Shown: piece by piece, positions 1-11,553 of the stretch | Layout of the letters: each line of letters opens with the position of its first letter | Position numbering within the stretch: the stretch's first letter is position 1 | Assembly (NCBI GenBank): GCA_963758525.1 | Contig: CAVWVQ010000003.1 | Span: 64,001-128,000 of the forward strand | Direction of reading: 5' to 3' | Source of the DNA: an uncultured Phycisphaerales bacterium | GTDB lineage: Bacteria; Planctomycetota; Phycisphaerae; Tepidisphaerales; Tepidisphaeraceae | DNA length: 64,000 nt | Translations under genes and position numbers: made by a program | The notes under the pieces: model-generated | What the model saw: the letters and a program-made list of their open reading frames with translations, nothing else | Database searches by the model: none | Told to the model about the DNA's origin: nothing

Positions 1-183
1 CACACCGAGCCCAAGGTCATCATCCGCGCGGACAAGGACCTGCCCTACAGTCAGCTCGAAAGCGTTCTGCTGGCGTGCGCCGAGGCGGAAGTCACCAACA
101 TTGCCTATGAGACCAAGGAAGGTCAGGAAGCCGCCGACACCGCTGAGAGTCCGGCCCCCGCGGACGCCCCGAGCAATCCATAG
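1..183 (+). CDS. exbD: ExbD/TolR family protein, 3' partial
   Basis: Frame 1 reads HTEPKVIIRADKDLPYSQLESVLLACAEAEVTNIAY...; the IRADK..Y motif is the ExbD C-terminal domain; stop TAG at 181-183. Confidence 0.8.
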   Translation, partial: HTEPKVIIRADKDLPYSQLESVLLACAEAEVTNIAYETKEGQEAADTAESPAPADAPSNP

Positions 184-203
184 TCCTCAAGCAGGAACCT
201 GGC

Positions 204-674
204 ATGAAAGTCAAAGGCGCTAAGAAAGTCCACTACGATTCGGGGCCCAACATGACGCCGTTGGTGGACGTCGTGATGGTCATCCTGATTTTCCTGATGC
301 TGGCGGGCAGCTTCGGCGGCGCCGCGCGCTTCCTCGTGAGCAAGCAGGGGATCAAAGCGAGCGGCGGTCACGGTCGCCCGCTCAAACCCGGCGAAGTCCC
401 CGACATCAACCTCGACATTCACGTCGACAACGCGCGCGACGGCGTAGGATTCGTCGCCCAAGGCACCGGCATTCCGCCCACGGGCGACGCCGACAAGCTC
501 AAGGCGTTTCTCGACGGCCAGCTCAAGCGCTTCAATGACGCCGGCACCAAGACCGATCAGTTGCAGGTGGTGCTCTATCCCGGCCGGCGCGTGAAGTACA
601 AATATCTGATCGCGATCTATCAGGCGGCGCTTCAGGCGAAGTTTGAGAAGATTGCCTTTGCGACGTCGCATTGA
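204..674 (+). CDS. exbD: Biopolymer transporter ExbD/TolR
   Basis: PNMTPLVDVVMVILIFLML transmembrane signature. Confidence 0.9.
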   Translation: MKVKGAKKVHYDSGPNMTPLVDVVMVILIFLMLAGSFGGAARFLVSKQGIKASGGHGRPLKPGEVPDINLDIHVDNARDGVGFVAQGTGIPPTGDADKLKAFLDGQLKRFNDAGTKTDQLQVVLYPGRRVKYKYLIAIYQAALQAKFEKIAFATSH

Positions 675-755
675 TTGAACGCGCACAGGCACGCGTTTGT
701 GCAAATAGTTGGCTGCCTTAGCGGGCAAACGCTCAGCCAAGCGCCGGCTTCATTA

Positions 756-874
756 CCCCCTCTCCCGGTACTTCGGGAGAGGGTTGGGGTGAGGGTGATT
801 TCGAGGACCAACGGCATCCGACGATCAAAAATCACCCTCAACCCCGCCCTCTCCCGGAATACCGGGCGAGGGGG
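756..874. repeat. REP/BIME-like inverted pair (CCCCCTCTCCCGG...GGGAGAGGG..GGGGTGAGGG family), copy 1
   Basis: Two inverted palindromic units; near-identical copy at 28463-28580, variant at 27439-27568. Confidence 0.85.
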
Positions 875-944
875 TGGCTCGCTCGAAATTCGGAGATGTG
901 CTCTAAACGATGTTGGGAGCGCACAATCGCCCAAGATTACTTAG

Positions 945-1418
945 GTGGTCACGATGCTCATCACGCTCCGGTCCCGGCAGACGCGATATGACGCAGGACC
1001 AAACCTCACCCCGCTTGTCGATGTCGTGCTTGTCGTGCTGATTTTCCTGATGCTCGCGGGCAGCTTTGGAGGTGCAACGCACTTTCTCGGCGGCAACGTT
1101 CTCAGAGGCGGAGTGAGCCGCAGTGCGATATCCCGTGCCGCGGAAATTGCGCCGACTTCGATTGATCTGTTCGTTCAGCAGTCCGGGGACGGACTGATTA
1201 TCCGCGGAAATCAAATTGGGACAACTTCGAGCCTGTCTCTCGTGCGGCAAAGATTGCGGCTAAAATCCGACGGGCTGATTGCCGGCGGAATGAGCCCGGC
1301 GAAAGTGCTTGTGGTGCTGCATCCGGGAAGGAGCGTGCGGTACGGCCAACTGATGGCGGTGTATGATGCGGTTGAGGGCGCCGGATTACCATCGATCGCG
1401 ATGTCGAGGGCGAACTAA
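945..1418 (+). CDS. exbD: Biopolymer transporter ExbD/TolR paralog
   Basis: PNLTPLVDVVLVVLIFLMLAGSFGGA, paralogous to 204-674. Confidence 0.85.
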   Translation: MVTMLITLRSRQTRYDAGPNLTPLVDVVLVVLIFLMLAGSFGGATHFLGGNVLRGGVSRSAISRAAEIAPTSIDLFVQQSGDGLIIRGNQIGTTSSLSLVRQRLRLKSDGLIAGGMSPAKVLVVLHPGRSVRYGQLMAVYDAVEGAGLPSIAMSRAN

Positions 1419-1445
1419 GTTTCGAGAGATCAGCGAGATTTCATT

Positions 1446-4338
1446 ATGATGCCGAAGATTCGCAGAGGAATGATCCGACTTGCAGTGGCCGCGGGTTGCG
1501 TCGCACCGTGCTTATCAGCCGTCAGCGCTCGAGCGGATGATCTTTCCACTCTGGGCGACGACAAGACGATGAGCAAGTTGTCCGATCTCGGACTCGACAC
1601 GCTGCTGGATCGAATGTTCGAGCTGAAGCACACCCCCGAGGCCCAGCGGACCGGATTGCGCGCGTTGCGGGCGTTGCACGAACTGGCCGATCCGAGCGTC
1701 AAGCTCACCAACTCGCAACGACAGCGGCACGTCAAGGCCGCGGTGGACGGCATCGCCGCGATCCTGCCCACCATGAACGACCCCGACGCGCTGATGGCAT
1801 ATGCGGGTTCTCTGCTGGAATACGGCGTCACCCCCGACGTGAATACGCTGGAATATTGGGGTGATAATCCGGTGACCGAATCGCGTCTGAAGCCGGTGGT
1901 GAAAACCGTGATCGATCTTCTCGATCGCGCCGCAACCGTGTCGACCGCGCAAGCCGCCGATCTGGGCAACAAGCTTAACGGCGCGGACGATCCGCGCCAA
2001 TATCTGGGAGCATCTGGACAACCTATCCCACACGACCGTCTACAAGAAAAACATGGTGGCGTACTATCAGGAGCTGGCGACGGATCGCAGCACCGCCGCC
2101 GGCCAGCAGGAACGAGTGAAGATTGCCCAGACCGCGCTGAAGTATCTGACGGACATCGACAACGCCGACAGCGGCGTCATGCCGGCGGTGCGGTTGATGA
2201 TGGGCAAGCTCTACCTGGCGATGGGAAGTTATTCCGAGGCTCGTTCCCGCTTCGACAGCATCGCGAACAATCCGAAGAACGAGGTGGTTCCCCCGCCGGA
2301 TGTCTATCAGCAATACGAGGCCCGCTACTTCCATCTCGTGGCCGATCTGGAGAACCGGAACACCGCCGCCGCCAAGAAGGGGCTCAGCGAGTTGATTGCC
2401 TGGCAAAAGTCGAAGCTGCCTGCCGACAAGGCGACGCAGGAAGGCGTCGCCGCGGCGGCGGAAATGATGCGCTATCGCATTTACAGCGCCGAGGCGGCGG
2501 AGTCTGACGCAACTGCCGATGCCCGCAAAAAGGCGGACGATAACGCCATCGCGGTGCTCGAAAAGCTCAAGAAGGATCGCCCCGAGCTGGCGCCGATCAT
2601 TTACGAGCAGTTGATGAACCGCATCCCGGCGGACAAGCCGGTCGCGACGCTGGATCCATTGATTCTGCAGGGACTGATGAACAAGGGAATCGTCGAAGCG
2701 AATAAATCGGACGCGGACAAGCCCGATGCAAAGGTGATCGGCCGCGCCATCGATGCCGCCCGCGAAATCGTCACGCGCAAGGATCGTTCCGGCATCAGCC
2801 GCGATCTGGTCGGCGACGCGGAGCTGCTGATCCCAAAGCTGTATGACCGGTTGGGCAAGAATCTGGAAGCCGCCGAGGGATACGTCGAATACGCCGAGAA
2901 GAACGCCACTTTGAACATGCAGCAGGCGAAGGACGCGATGGACCGCGCGGGATATCTGATCTTCAACGCGAGGAAGACGACTCCCGACGACGTGAAGCTG
3001 GGAGCGATCTACGACCGCTTCCTTCCGGTCGCGATCAAGCCGCCGTTCAATCACAAGGAGCTCACGTACCTCTATGCCAAGCATTTGCGGGCGCTGAACC
3101 GGCCGGCAGAAGCGGTGGTCTATTTTCGGATGGTCCCGAAGGACGACGCAAACTATCTCAACGCGCAATATTTTCTCATGCTCGCGCTGAAGGATGTGCT
3201 TGATACCAAGCTGAGTGACGCGGCTCGCGCGAAGACCGTGGCAGAGATGCAAGCGGTGGGCGACGTGGTGAAGCAACTCGGCTCGGCTTCGTCGGATCCG
3301 AAGGATCGCTTCAAAGCGGCACATGCGACGCTCATCGCCGCGGAGATCGCGGTCGAGGATCCCAAGTCGAAAGATCCCAGGCGCGCCCTTCAACTGCTCG
3401 ATGGTTTCGAGGCACAGGTCAAGGGAGTTCCCGGACAGAAGGATCTGCTGGCCGAGGCGCTTTTCGTCCGCGTGAACGCGTTCATGGACGTCGGCCAACT
3501 CGATCAGGCGACCGGTGCTCTCGTCGGGCTGCTCGATAAAGCTCCGGATTCAGCGCCGGGACTTGTTCGGCAGATGCTCGAGAAACTCGACTCCGAATAT
3601 GCCCGCGCCGACGTCGCCAATGACACAAAGACGATGCGCGAGGTGGCGACCAACGAGGCGAAACTCACCGGCTTCCTCGCCGACTGGGCGACCAAGAACA
3701 GCGACCCCAAGATTCATCAGTTCGCCTACCAGTACCGCGTTTACGACGCCAACACCAAGCGCAAAGCCGGCACGCTCGACGAGAATCCGCAGTCGCGGCA
3801 AAAGCAACTGGAGGCTGCCAAGGCCCTGTACACGGATCTGCTGAGCCCGGCGAATCATCAGCTCTACCTGGCGACGCTGGACCAGGCAAAGATCAAGGAT
3901 GGCACGATTGACCCGTCACTGGACGATACGGCCGTGCGCGTCGGCCTGGCGTTCACCGAGTTTCAGTTGAAGGAGTACTCAGACGCGCAGAAGATTCTCG
4001 GCGACCTCGTCGGCAACCGAATGCTTGGCAGCCCGACCGTCCAGGTCGACGACCACGGCGAACAGAAGCTGAAAGACAACGACCTTTACTGGGAAGCCAA
4101 TGTGACGCTGCTCGAGTGCAACGTGGGCATCGCCCGCCAAGGCGGCGCCGATGCGAAGAGCATCATGGACGGATGCCAGCGGGGCCTCAAGCAATATCTG
4201 ATTCGCGGCGGCATTCCCGAGCGTTGGCAGGATGACTTCGAACGCGTCCGCGCCGACATTCTCCCCGACTGGAAGCCCCCCGTCCGCGAAAATCTCGCCG
4301 CCGCCACCCAGCCCTCGGCGGCTGCGTCTGCGAAATGA
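1446..4338 (+). CDS. Large exported alpha-helical/TPR-like protein (frameshift near 1995, probably a sequencing error)
   Basis: Signal peptide ending ..SARA-DD; ORFs 1446 and 2053 join via ANIWEHLDNLSHTTVYKKNMV in a shifted frame; helical repeat character; lies downstream of the exbD cluster. Confidence 0.65.
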
Positions 4339-4352
4339 GTGCTGGTGATTGC

Positions 4353-4751
4353 TCAGCTGGCTTTGCTCCTGATCACCTGCTTCAGGCGTAGCAGCCATCG
4401 CTGCGGATCTTGATTGATCTCGTCCAGTAATCGGCGCACCGGCCCTGCTGGCGGACGCTCGCCTTGCTCCCACGATTGAACAGTCTTGACGTTGACAGCG
4501 AGCAGTCTCGCAAACCCCGCCTGGCTCAGTCCGAGCTTCGCTCGTGTATCCCGAATCTCAGCTGCTTTGTATTCGGCCGGAGCCAGATCAAGTCTGATGT
4601 CACGCACCGTGACCTGCTCACCACGATTCAATGCGTCGAAGAAATCGTTAAGACTGTGAATTACTTCTGCGCCTAGATTCGTTTCCTGTCGAAACGGCTT
4701 CCGTTTGGTGTTGCCGGAACGAGCCATATTCACCTCCGTCAAAGGACGCAT
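4353..4751 (-). CDS. HigA-like XRE HTH antitoxin
   Basis: IRDTRAKLGLSQAGFARLLAVNVKTVQSWEQGERPP is an HTH_3 motif; directly downstream of a RelE-like gene. Confidence 0.85.
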   Translation of the reverse strand: MRPLTEVNMARSGNTKRKPFRQETNLGAEVIHSLNDFFDALNRGEQVTVRDIRLDLAPAEYKAAEIRDTRAKLGLSQAGFARLLAVNVKTVQSWEQGERPPAGPVRRLLDEINQDPQRWLLRLKQVIRSKAS

Positions 4752-5206
4752 TATCCTCCGGCCTTAATCCAGTTGTAGAGGCGATCCAGCAGACTGGTGA
4801 TTTGCCTCTTCTGTTCGCCGGTCAAATTATCCTGATCTTTTTTTGCGAATACCGCGATCGCGACAATTACGCCAAACTCTTCGAAATATGCGTAAGCGAT
4901 GCGATACGAGCCACTCTTACCTCGACCGCCTGATGCTTTGGCGAATCGGCATTTCCTGAGGCCATTAGCGCCTGAGATCACCGGGTGGCGCTTCGGATCG
5001 AGCATCGTCTGAATCTGAAAGGCTCGCAAATCGTCGTCATCAAGCCCAAGCGCTCTCCATTTATTTTCAAAATACGGGGTCAAGATCCACCGCTTCCAGT
5101 CCTCCGCCCTGCATGGTTGCCGGATGCTCGACAGACAAACGTGCGATGGAGCGCCGCTTATGAGGAGCCATCCAGTCTCCCCGGAAGCTTTACTTCTCAG
5201 ACACAA
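4751..5206 (-). CDS. RelE/HigB family toxin (true start probably near 5114)
   Basis: VISGANGLRKCRFAKASGGRGKSGSYRIAY...FAKKDQDNLT matches the RelE/HigB2 pattern; toxin-first order. Confidence 0.85.
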   Translation of the reverse strand: MCLRSKASGETGWLLISGAPSHVCLSSIRQPCRAEDWKRWILTPYFENKWRALGLDDDDLRAFQIQTMLDPKRHPVISGANGLRKCRFAKASGGRGKSGSYRIAYAYFEEFGVIVAIAVFAKKDQDNLTGEQKRQITSLLDRLYNWIKAGG

Positions 5207-5273
5207 CCAACGAATTGGACTGCCGATCTATACCATTTAGTAGGATAGAGCAAAGAAACTGAATTTTCAACAC

Positions 5274-6032
5274 CTAGACCGGCTGGACAGGGGATGCACC
5301 CACCGTCCGCGGAACCGGCACGGACCGGCCGTCGACACTCCAGAGAAAACTCAGGTAGGGCAGCAATCTCACCGGCAGCAGGACCTGCAGTGCGATCCGA
5401 GCAATCGGTCTGCCAAGAATTTCGCCCGCGAGGATGCTCACCATTTGAATTCCGGCGACTGTCGCCAGCACCGTCCATCCCCAGTCGGCAAAACGAGGCT
5501 TCGTCACCGGGGTGTAGGCAAATGCCCGCCATGCGTTCCACGCAATGGGCACGATCAGAAGCGGCAGCATCGTGGCCAGGTATCGCACGCCCCGCCGCCA
5601 GTGCCAGCAGAACGTCGCGAAGAATCCCCCCAACGCGGCGCCAACGATCGCTCCGCCGGCGAGTTCCACCCAAACCGGATTTTGCATTTCCGCGTTGACG
5701 GCGTGCCGATCGTTAAACGTATCGTCCAGGTAGGATGCCTGGGACGCCCAGAAGAGTGCTCCGCTGGCAATCACGACCGCCAGCAGGAATCCGATGTAGA
5801 GGACAAGCGCGCCGGTCGCCAGCCGCTGGGTGAACTTCTGGCTTGCCGTCGTCATGTTGCCGGCCGCGCTAAATCGTCCGCATTCGGGACATCGGCAGAC
5901 GAGGATTCCCAGCCGCTGGTCCCGGGAAACCACCTGACTGAAGAGGTTGTAATGGCAATGTGCGCAGAAAGAATCCACCTGCACATGCCCGACCGGCGTC
6001 TGCGGGCCCGCGTCCGCGGCAAGTTCCTCCAT
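5274..6032 (-). CDS. Zn-ribbon-containing membrane protein
   Basis: CAHCHYNL...CRCPECG followed by about 4 hydrophobic helices. Confidence 0.65.
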   Translation of the reverse strand: MEELAADAGPQTPVGHVQVDSFCAHCHYNLFSQVVSRDQRLGILVCRCPECGRFSAAGNMTTASQKFTQRLATGALVLYIGFLLAVVIASGALFWASQASYLDDTFNDRHAVNAEMQNPVWVELAGGAIVGAALGGFFATFCWHWRRGVRYLATMLPLLIVPIAWNAWRAFAYTPVTKPRFADWGWTVLATVAGIQMVSILAGEILGRPIARIALQVLLPVRLLPYLSFLWSVDGRSVPVPRTVGASPVQPV

Positions 6033-6150
6033 GCCGGGCAAGAATAAGCGGCCATCGCCGGCGACGCAAAGAGCATGGCGGGAGGACGCGCAGTCGATTT
6101 GCGGGCGATGGTATTTGATCGTTACCATGCATGCGCAGCGGGAGGACCCA

Positions 6151-6504
6151 GTGTCACAGCTCTTCTTCAAAAAGCAGTTTTTTGCCGCGATCCGCGACGG
6201 GAGCAAGCGCACCACCATTCGGCGCTGGCCGAGAGCGCGCGTCAGCGCCGGGCAAGACGCGTATGCGCCGCATATCGGCTGGCTGCACATTGAGGGGGTT
6301 GAATCCGTGCGCCTTAAGGAATTGGGAGAAGCCGATGCGATTGCCGATGGCTTCGACAGCCGGGCGTCGATGCTGCAGGCGCTCCGTCAACTTTATCCCG
6401 ATTACCGCACGGATGGGAAACAGTGGTTCCGGGTCATCTTCACCATCAAGGAGCTGATCGAGCCGCGTCTGCGCCCGGACGCGGCGCAGCTGAGCATGTT
6501 TTAG
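6151..6504 (+). CDS. ASCH domain protein
   Basis: FKKQFFAAIRDGSKRTTIR (GxKxxTxR) and DAIADGF; GGAGGA RBS before GTG 6151. Confidence 0.8.
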   Translation: MSQLFFKKQFFAAIRDGSKRTTIRRWPRARVSAGQDAYAPHIGWLHIEGVESVRLKELGEADAIADGFDSRASMLQALRQLYPDYRTDGKQWFRVIFTIKELIEPRLRPDAAQLSMF

Positions 6505-7467
6505 GATTCGTTGAGGCGCGACGACAACATCTCCACGATGAGGTTGGCGGAGAGTATGAGTATGGCTCCGCCGATCGCGGCCGGTCCGATCGTATGGTGG
6601 GCGACGACGGCCGCATAGATAGCAGCGATCACCGGTTCCATGAGATAGATCAGCGTCGCCCGCGCCGGCTCGAGCTGCGGTTGAAAATGCGTGAGCAGAC
6701 CAAATGCTGCCGTCGTCGTCAGCAGCGATAACAGCAGCAGATTCCATCCAACGCTGGGCAAAATCAGCAGCCGCCCGATCGCGTCCGGATCGCGGAGGAG
6801 TCTGCCACCAGGAATCACTGCACCGGCAACAACGCACGTCAGCGCGACGACGACGAACTGTCCGAATGCCAGGCGAGAGGCGTTTTCGTATTGGGCCGCC
6901 GCGTTCAGGGCCAGAATGTAGACGGAGAATCCCGCGGCACAGCCGAGTCCGAGCAATTCGCCGGCGCCCAAACCCGTGGGCTGCGCCGGTCATCAACCAC
7001 ACTCCTGCTGTCGCCAGCGCCACGCCCAGCCAAAGCACGCCGCGCGGGGGACGACGCGCGACAAAGGTGAGAAGGATCGGGACAAAGAGAACAGTCAGGC
7101 TTGTCAGAAAGGCGCTGACGGACTCGGACGTTCGTTCCAGGCCGACATGCTGCAAAATGAGGCTCACCGCCAGCAGGGTGCCGACACAGACGCAGCGCAG
7201 CGCTCCGCGCCAGGTCCAGCCGCGCAGAGCGCTCGGAAAGACGATCGGCCACAGCGCCGCGGCAATGCAGAATCTGACGGCCAGCGAAAAGACCGCGCCA
7301 AACGCCGCTTGGGAAGGCAGATGAACGGCAGCATTGATTCCGGCGATGGCCGCCTTGGCCCACGTGAAGCCGCATCCCCAGAAGACCGTGCCAAGCAGCA
7401 GCATCGCAGCCGGCAGGCGGGCGTCGCTCCATCGGTGCTGCCGGGCGTTCGATTCTGGCGCGTTCAC
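6501..7467 (-). CDS. EamA/DMT family transporter (frameshift near 6975)
   Basis: FWGCGFTWAK, SAFLTSLTVLFVP, RATLIYLMEPVIAA motifs, split over two ORFs. Confidence 0.85.
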
Positions 7468-7605
7468 GTACGCCTTTCAATCGGCCGGCGCAGCGCTGTT
7501 GCAGACATCAATTGTTCGATTTGAATTCTCAGATTTGAAAACGGTCTGACGATTACCGGAGCCGCGCGACGGATGAGAAGTTCCAACGTTGAGCGCATCG
7601 TTCTC

Positions 7606-7702
7606 GCTTCCCGCTCCTGACTCCTGGCTCCCGCTTCTGACTCCTGGCTCCTGGCTCCTGACTCCTGGCTCCCGCTTCTGACTCCTGGCTCCTGGCTCCC
7701 GC
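7606..7702. repeat. 7-mer tandem array (RCTCCTG/GCTCCCG/CTTCTGA), about 13 units
   Basis: Direct reading: gactcctggctcctggctcctgactcctggctcccgcttctgactcctgg. Confidence 0.9.
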
Positions 7703-7710
7703 CCCGTTCC

Positions 7711-9741
7711 CTACAAATGCACTCGCCGCGTATAGACATACCATTCGACCAACAGCAATGGCAGCGCTCCGCACAATGCGATCCACCACCACAGCTCCAA
7801 TCGCGAGCGCGAGTCCTTCACTTCCTCCACCGCCGCGTTGACATCGCCTGGGGGAGCGTCGGACGGCACCAGATTGCTCTCGTTGGCGTCCAGCAGATTC
7901 ACCGCCAGTTGCTCGTACTGGGGAATTGCCGGCTTGGTCGTGTATATGCCCACGCGCTCCAACGGCGGCAGTGCGAAATCGCCGGCGGCGGGGATCGTCA
8001 GGTCCATTGACATCGAGGGACCGATCAACTGAATCTTCTTCAGCGACGGATCGAGTTTCAGCAGATTCGCCCGCGGAATCACCGGCGATTCGCCCGGCTC
8101 GTACGAATGACGAACGTCCATCTCTGAACCGACGGCCAGATACTCCATCGCGTTTTGCAGAAACATTGGAAAGCTCACTTTCAGCGGCCAATTGCTCTGC
8201 AACACGTCAAACGCCACGATCAAATGCGTTCCCGTTTTCTCCCGGTCCAGCACGATCAATGGCCCCTTGAGCCCGTCCAGCAGGACCTCGACCTGGTCGG
8301 GAACGTCAAGCTTCGCGGCCTCGGCAACATACAGCTTGCTGAGCGCCAGCTCATGCAGAATCGGATGATCGCGCTTCCAATCCAGCACGCCGACGTCTTT
8401 CAGTACCACCGTCTGCCGGCTTGCGTCCTTGACAACCTTGACCTTCAGATCGGCGGGAAGCTCCGCCCGGGGTCCGTCGAGAAAATAAAGGAAGCTTCCT
8501 GCAGGCGGAAGTTTTTTCGGCGAGTAGCGATCGAACAAAATGACGTCGAAGTCGCCCGGCAGCGCTTTCTCGTATGCCGCCGGTGACATCACGACCGGTT
8601 TCTGCAGCCCCAGACTGCTCATCGCCCGCTCGAGAAAATAGTTCCCTTCCGTCACCAGGCAGACCGCCAGCGTCTTGGGCGGCGGCACGACCACTTGCGC
8701 CACGTCGTCGGCGGCAAGTTCGTCTCCGTCCTTGAGCATCTGCTCGACCTTGATCACCGCCGAGCTGGTCAGATCCAACTGAAACTCGACGCTGTCCACT
8801 TCCGGCCGGCCTCCCTGCTTGTCGTACGCATCGCGTTTTTCCTGGGACCATCGGGCTGGAAGGAGATAGACGTTTCGCGTCTGCGATCCCTGCATGCCGA
8901 CAATCTCCCCATCCACGCTCAGTTGGACGGGCACTTCAACCGGATCGGGCCCATCGTTGGCCAGTCGCGCAAAGACCTGCACTTCCGTCGGCCGTTCGTA
9001 GTTTCGCCTGGCATTGAGCGCAACGATGCCGACATTGCGCGCCGAATCGGTCCCGATCTTCTCGAAAATCAAGTTGCCGCGCAGCGTGAGATCCGCCGGA
9101 TCATCCAGGACTCTGCCATCGGAGAACAGGCGGACGTCGAAATGGCTCGCGTCGGAAACATGGACCTGGTCGGGGTTGAAGTTGCTTTGCCCGTCGGCAA
9201 GCTCGTAAGCGAGCTTCAGTCGCGACCGCCGGTCGCTGGGGGTGATGGAATCGATGGCGCGGCGCAATGCCGTAGCATCGCTGGTCCAAGGCTGAAGCGT
9301 GCGGGCCGAATCATCGAACGCAACGACCATTGCCGTCGCATGACGGCCCATCGAATCGACCACTTCCTTGGCGCGTCTTTTCGCTTCGTCGAGGCGTGAA
9401 TGTCCGTCGATGTCCTGTGCCGACATCGATGCTGAGCGATCGATCAGCAATACAGTCGCCTTGCCGGCGCCCGGACGATAGTTCGTGACGGGCCGCGAGA
9501 GCGCCAGGAGGAGGAGGAGCAGGAGCAGCAGTTGCAGAAGCAGCAGCAGATTGCGCCGCAGCCGCTGAAACGGCGCATTGACCTGGAGGTCCTCGATCGC
9601 CTTGCGCCACAAGAGCGTTGAGGGCACGTCCATCGACTGTCGCCGCAGCTTGAGAAAGTAGAGGATCAGGAGCGCGGGAATCGCGAGCGACGCCGCGAGG
9701 AGCGCCGGAAGCGTGTTGAGGAAATGGGGAAACCAGGACAT
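7711..9741 (-). CDS. BatA N-terminal + vWA domain membrane protein
   Basis: PALLILYFLKLRR...PSTLLW...LLLLLQLL..LALSRP (BatA), DRSASMS (MIDAS), C-terminal TM ending EWYVYTRR. Confidence 0.9.
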   Translation of the reverse strand: MSWFPHFLNTLPALLAASLAIPALLILYFLKLRRQSMDVPSTLLWRKAIEDLQVNAPFQRLRRNLLLLLQLLLLLLLLLALSRPVTNYRPGAGKATVLLIDRSASMSAQDIDGHSRLDEAKRRAKEVVDSMGRHATAMVVAFDDSARTLQPWTSDATALRRAIDSITPSDRRSRLKLAYELADGQSNFNPDQVHVSDASHFDVRLFSDGRVLDDPADLTLRGNLIFEKIGTDSARNVGIVALNARRNYERPTEVQVFARLANDGPDPVEVPVQLSVDGEIVGMQGSQTRNVYLLPARWSQEKRDAYDKQGGRPEVDSVEFQLDLTSSAVIKVEQMLKDGDELAADDVAQVVVPPPKTLAVCLVTEGNYFLERAMSSLGLQKPVVMSPAAYEKALPGDFDVILFDRYSPKKLPPAGSFLYFLDGPRAELPADLKVKVVKDASRQTVVLKDVGVLDWKRDHPILHELALSKLYVAEAAKLDVPDQVEVLLDGLKGPLIVLDREKTGTHLIVAFDVLQSNWPLKVSFPMFLQNAMEYLAVGSEMDVRHSYEPGESPVIPRANLLKLDPSLKKIQLIGPSMSMDLTIPAAGDFALPPLERVGIYTTKPAIPQYEQLAVNLLDANESNLVPSDAPPGDVNAAVEEVKDSRSRLELWWWIALCGALPLLLVEWYVYTRRVHL

Positions 9742-9767
9742 ATGCAACGGTCGCTTTTGCGCAAGCT

Positions 9768-10822
9768 CTAAGCCGGGTCCTTGTCCGTTCCGTCAAACAA
9801 CCCATCCTGAGCCGCCGGCGGGGGATTATATTTCAGTCCGAGATGCTCGTACGCCGGCCTGGTCGCGCGGCGTCCCTGGCGCGTGCGGGTGACGAAAGCC
9901 TTCTGCAACAGGTACGGCTCAATCACGTCTTCCAGTGTGTCGCGCTCCTCGCCCATGGTCGCCGCGATCGCTTCGATCCCTACCGGCCCGCCATTGTAGA
10001 CTTCGATAATGGTCCGGAGAAACGTGCGGTCCTGCTCGTCAAGGCCGCGGCCGTCAATTTCCGCCAGATCCAACGCCGCCTGCGTGATCGGGACGGTGAG
10101 CTTGCCGTTCCCTTCAACAGTCGCGTAATCCCGGGTGCGGCGCAGCAGTCGATTCGCAACCCGCGGCGTTCCCCGGCTGCGCCGGGCCAGCTCCCACAAG
10201 CTGTCGTCATCAGCGTTGAGCTTCAGCGACCGCGCGTTGGCGCGAAGGATTTCATGCAGAGACTCGGGACTATAAAACTCGATGTGCTCGCTGATGCCGA
10301 AGCGCCGCGCATCGGCCCGGTCAACAGCCCGATCCGCGTGGTCGCACCGATCAGCGTGAATGGCTGCACCGGAATTGTCACCGTGCGGGCGTGCGCGCCA
10401 TGATCGAGCATCACATCCACTTTAAAGTCTTCCATCGCCGGGTAGAGGTATTCCTCCACGATAGGACTGAGGCGGTGGATTTCGTCGATGAAGAGCACGT
10501 CGCCGGGACCGAGTTTCGTGAGGATGCCGACCAGATCCGCGCCCTTGGTCAGCGCCGGGCCATTGGTAACGTGGACCTGCGCACCCACTTCGTTGGCGAC
10601 CACATGCGCCAGCGTCGTCTTGCCCAGCCCGGGCGGCCCGTGCAAAAGGGTGTGATCGACCGGCTCTTTGCGGCTGCGGGCCGCCTGCACGGCAATGCTC
10701 AGCTTGCGAATGAGCGAATCCTGGCCGATGTACTGCGCGAACCGCAGCGGACGGAGCGCGAAATTTTCGCGCTCCTCCGCCTCTCCGCCCGATTCGCCGG
10801 TGACAATTCGTTCACGCGCCAT
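9768..10822 (-). CDS. ruvB: Holliday junction helicase RuvB (frameshift near 10305)
   Basis: [48 protein letters not shown]. Confidence 0.97.
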
Positions 10823-10893
10823 CAGGATTCACTTTTACCGCCGGAGGCGCTGGAACGCGAACCTTCAACGCCACGCGGGGGTGCGAGTCCCCC

Positions 10894-11532
10894 CTATCCC
10901 CTCGGCGAGCGCAAGCGAAGCATCTCGCGCACAAATGCGTCGGTGCTCTTCATCTGCGGATTGCTCGACCGCGCCCGGTCCAGCAGAAGCTCCGCGTCGA
11001 CGCGCTTTTCTCCCAGCGCCATCAAGGTTGCGATCGCATCCTCCTCTTCCGCCACGCGCGAGCGAGCGGATGCGACGGGTCCGCCGCGCGTGGCATTCAC
11101 CGCCGTCGCGTAGGGTGCCGCTTTTCCCGCAAGCTCAGCGACAATCAACTCCGCCATTCGTTTGCCAATCTGCGGCAGCTCGACGAGAAACCGCGTGTCG
11201 CGCGACTCGATCGCCTGGGCGATCTCCCCCACCGGCAGCGCCAGCGCCCGCAACGCCTTCTTCGGGCCGATCCCCTTGACCGTAATGAACAGTTGAAAAA
11301 AACGCTTATCCTCAGCGCGCAGGAATCCCACCAGCCGCGGCTCGATGTTCCCCCCGCCGGCATCCCCTTCGAGATAGAAGATGGTATGAAAGGTGATCTC
11401 CTCCCCCACCGTGTTCCGCAGAAACTCCACGTCAAACGCGGCCACGAGCAATTCGCAGACGAGTGGCCCCACGCGCACGTGGGCACGATCTTCGTCCACT
11501 CGAATCAGGTCGCCGGTCAGGGAGGAAATCAT
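10894..11532 (-). CDS. ruvA: Holliday junction protein RuvA
   Basis: FITVKGIGPKKAL, LPQIGKRMAELIVAEL HhH motifs; upstream of ruvB. Confidence 0.95.
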   Translation of the reverse strand: MISSLTGDLIRVDEDRAHVRVGPLVCELLVAAFDVEFLRNTVGEEITFHTIFYLEGDAGGGNIEPRLVGFLRAEDKRFFQLFITVKGIGPKKALRALALPVGEIAQAIESRDTRFLVELPQIGKRMAELIVAELAGKAAPYATAVNATRGGPVASARSRVAEEEDAIATLMALGEKRVDAELLLDRARSSNPQMKSTDAFVREMLRLRSPRG

Positions 11533-11553
11533 TGACGGCGAGTGTAGCGGACA

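Noticed and set aside
675..944. ORFs made of repeat translations (PLPVLRERVGVR, ARSQES, RHEGTK, FTFHV)
   Set aside because: They are translations of intergenic repeat arrays, not proteins.
2023..3498. Long antisense ORFs (e.g. 2023-3498, 18717-20108, 20324-21565, 40127-41311, 46182-47414, 48130-49431)
   Set aside because: Shadow frames of real genes in high-GC DNA, with no recognisable motifs.
9768..10822. ruvB (and ispG, lolD) as pseudogenes
   Set aside because: Single indel, full motif conservation on both sides, and a window-wide error pattern.
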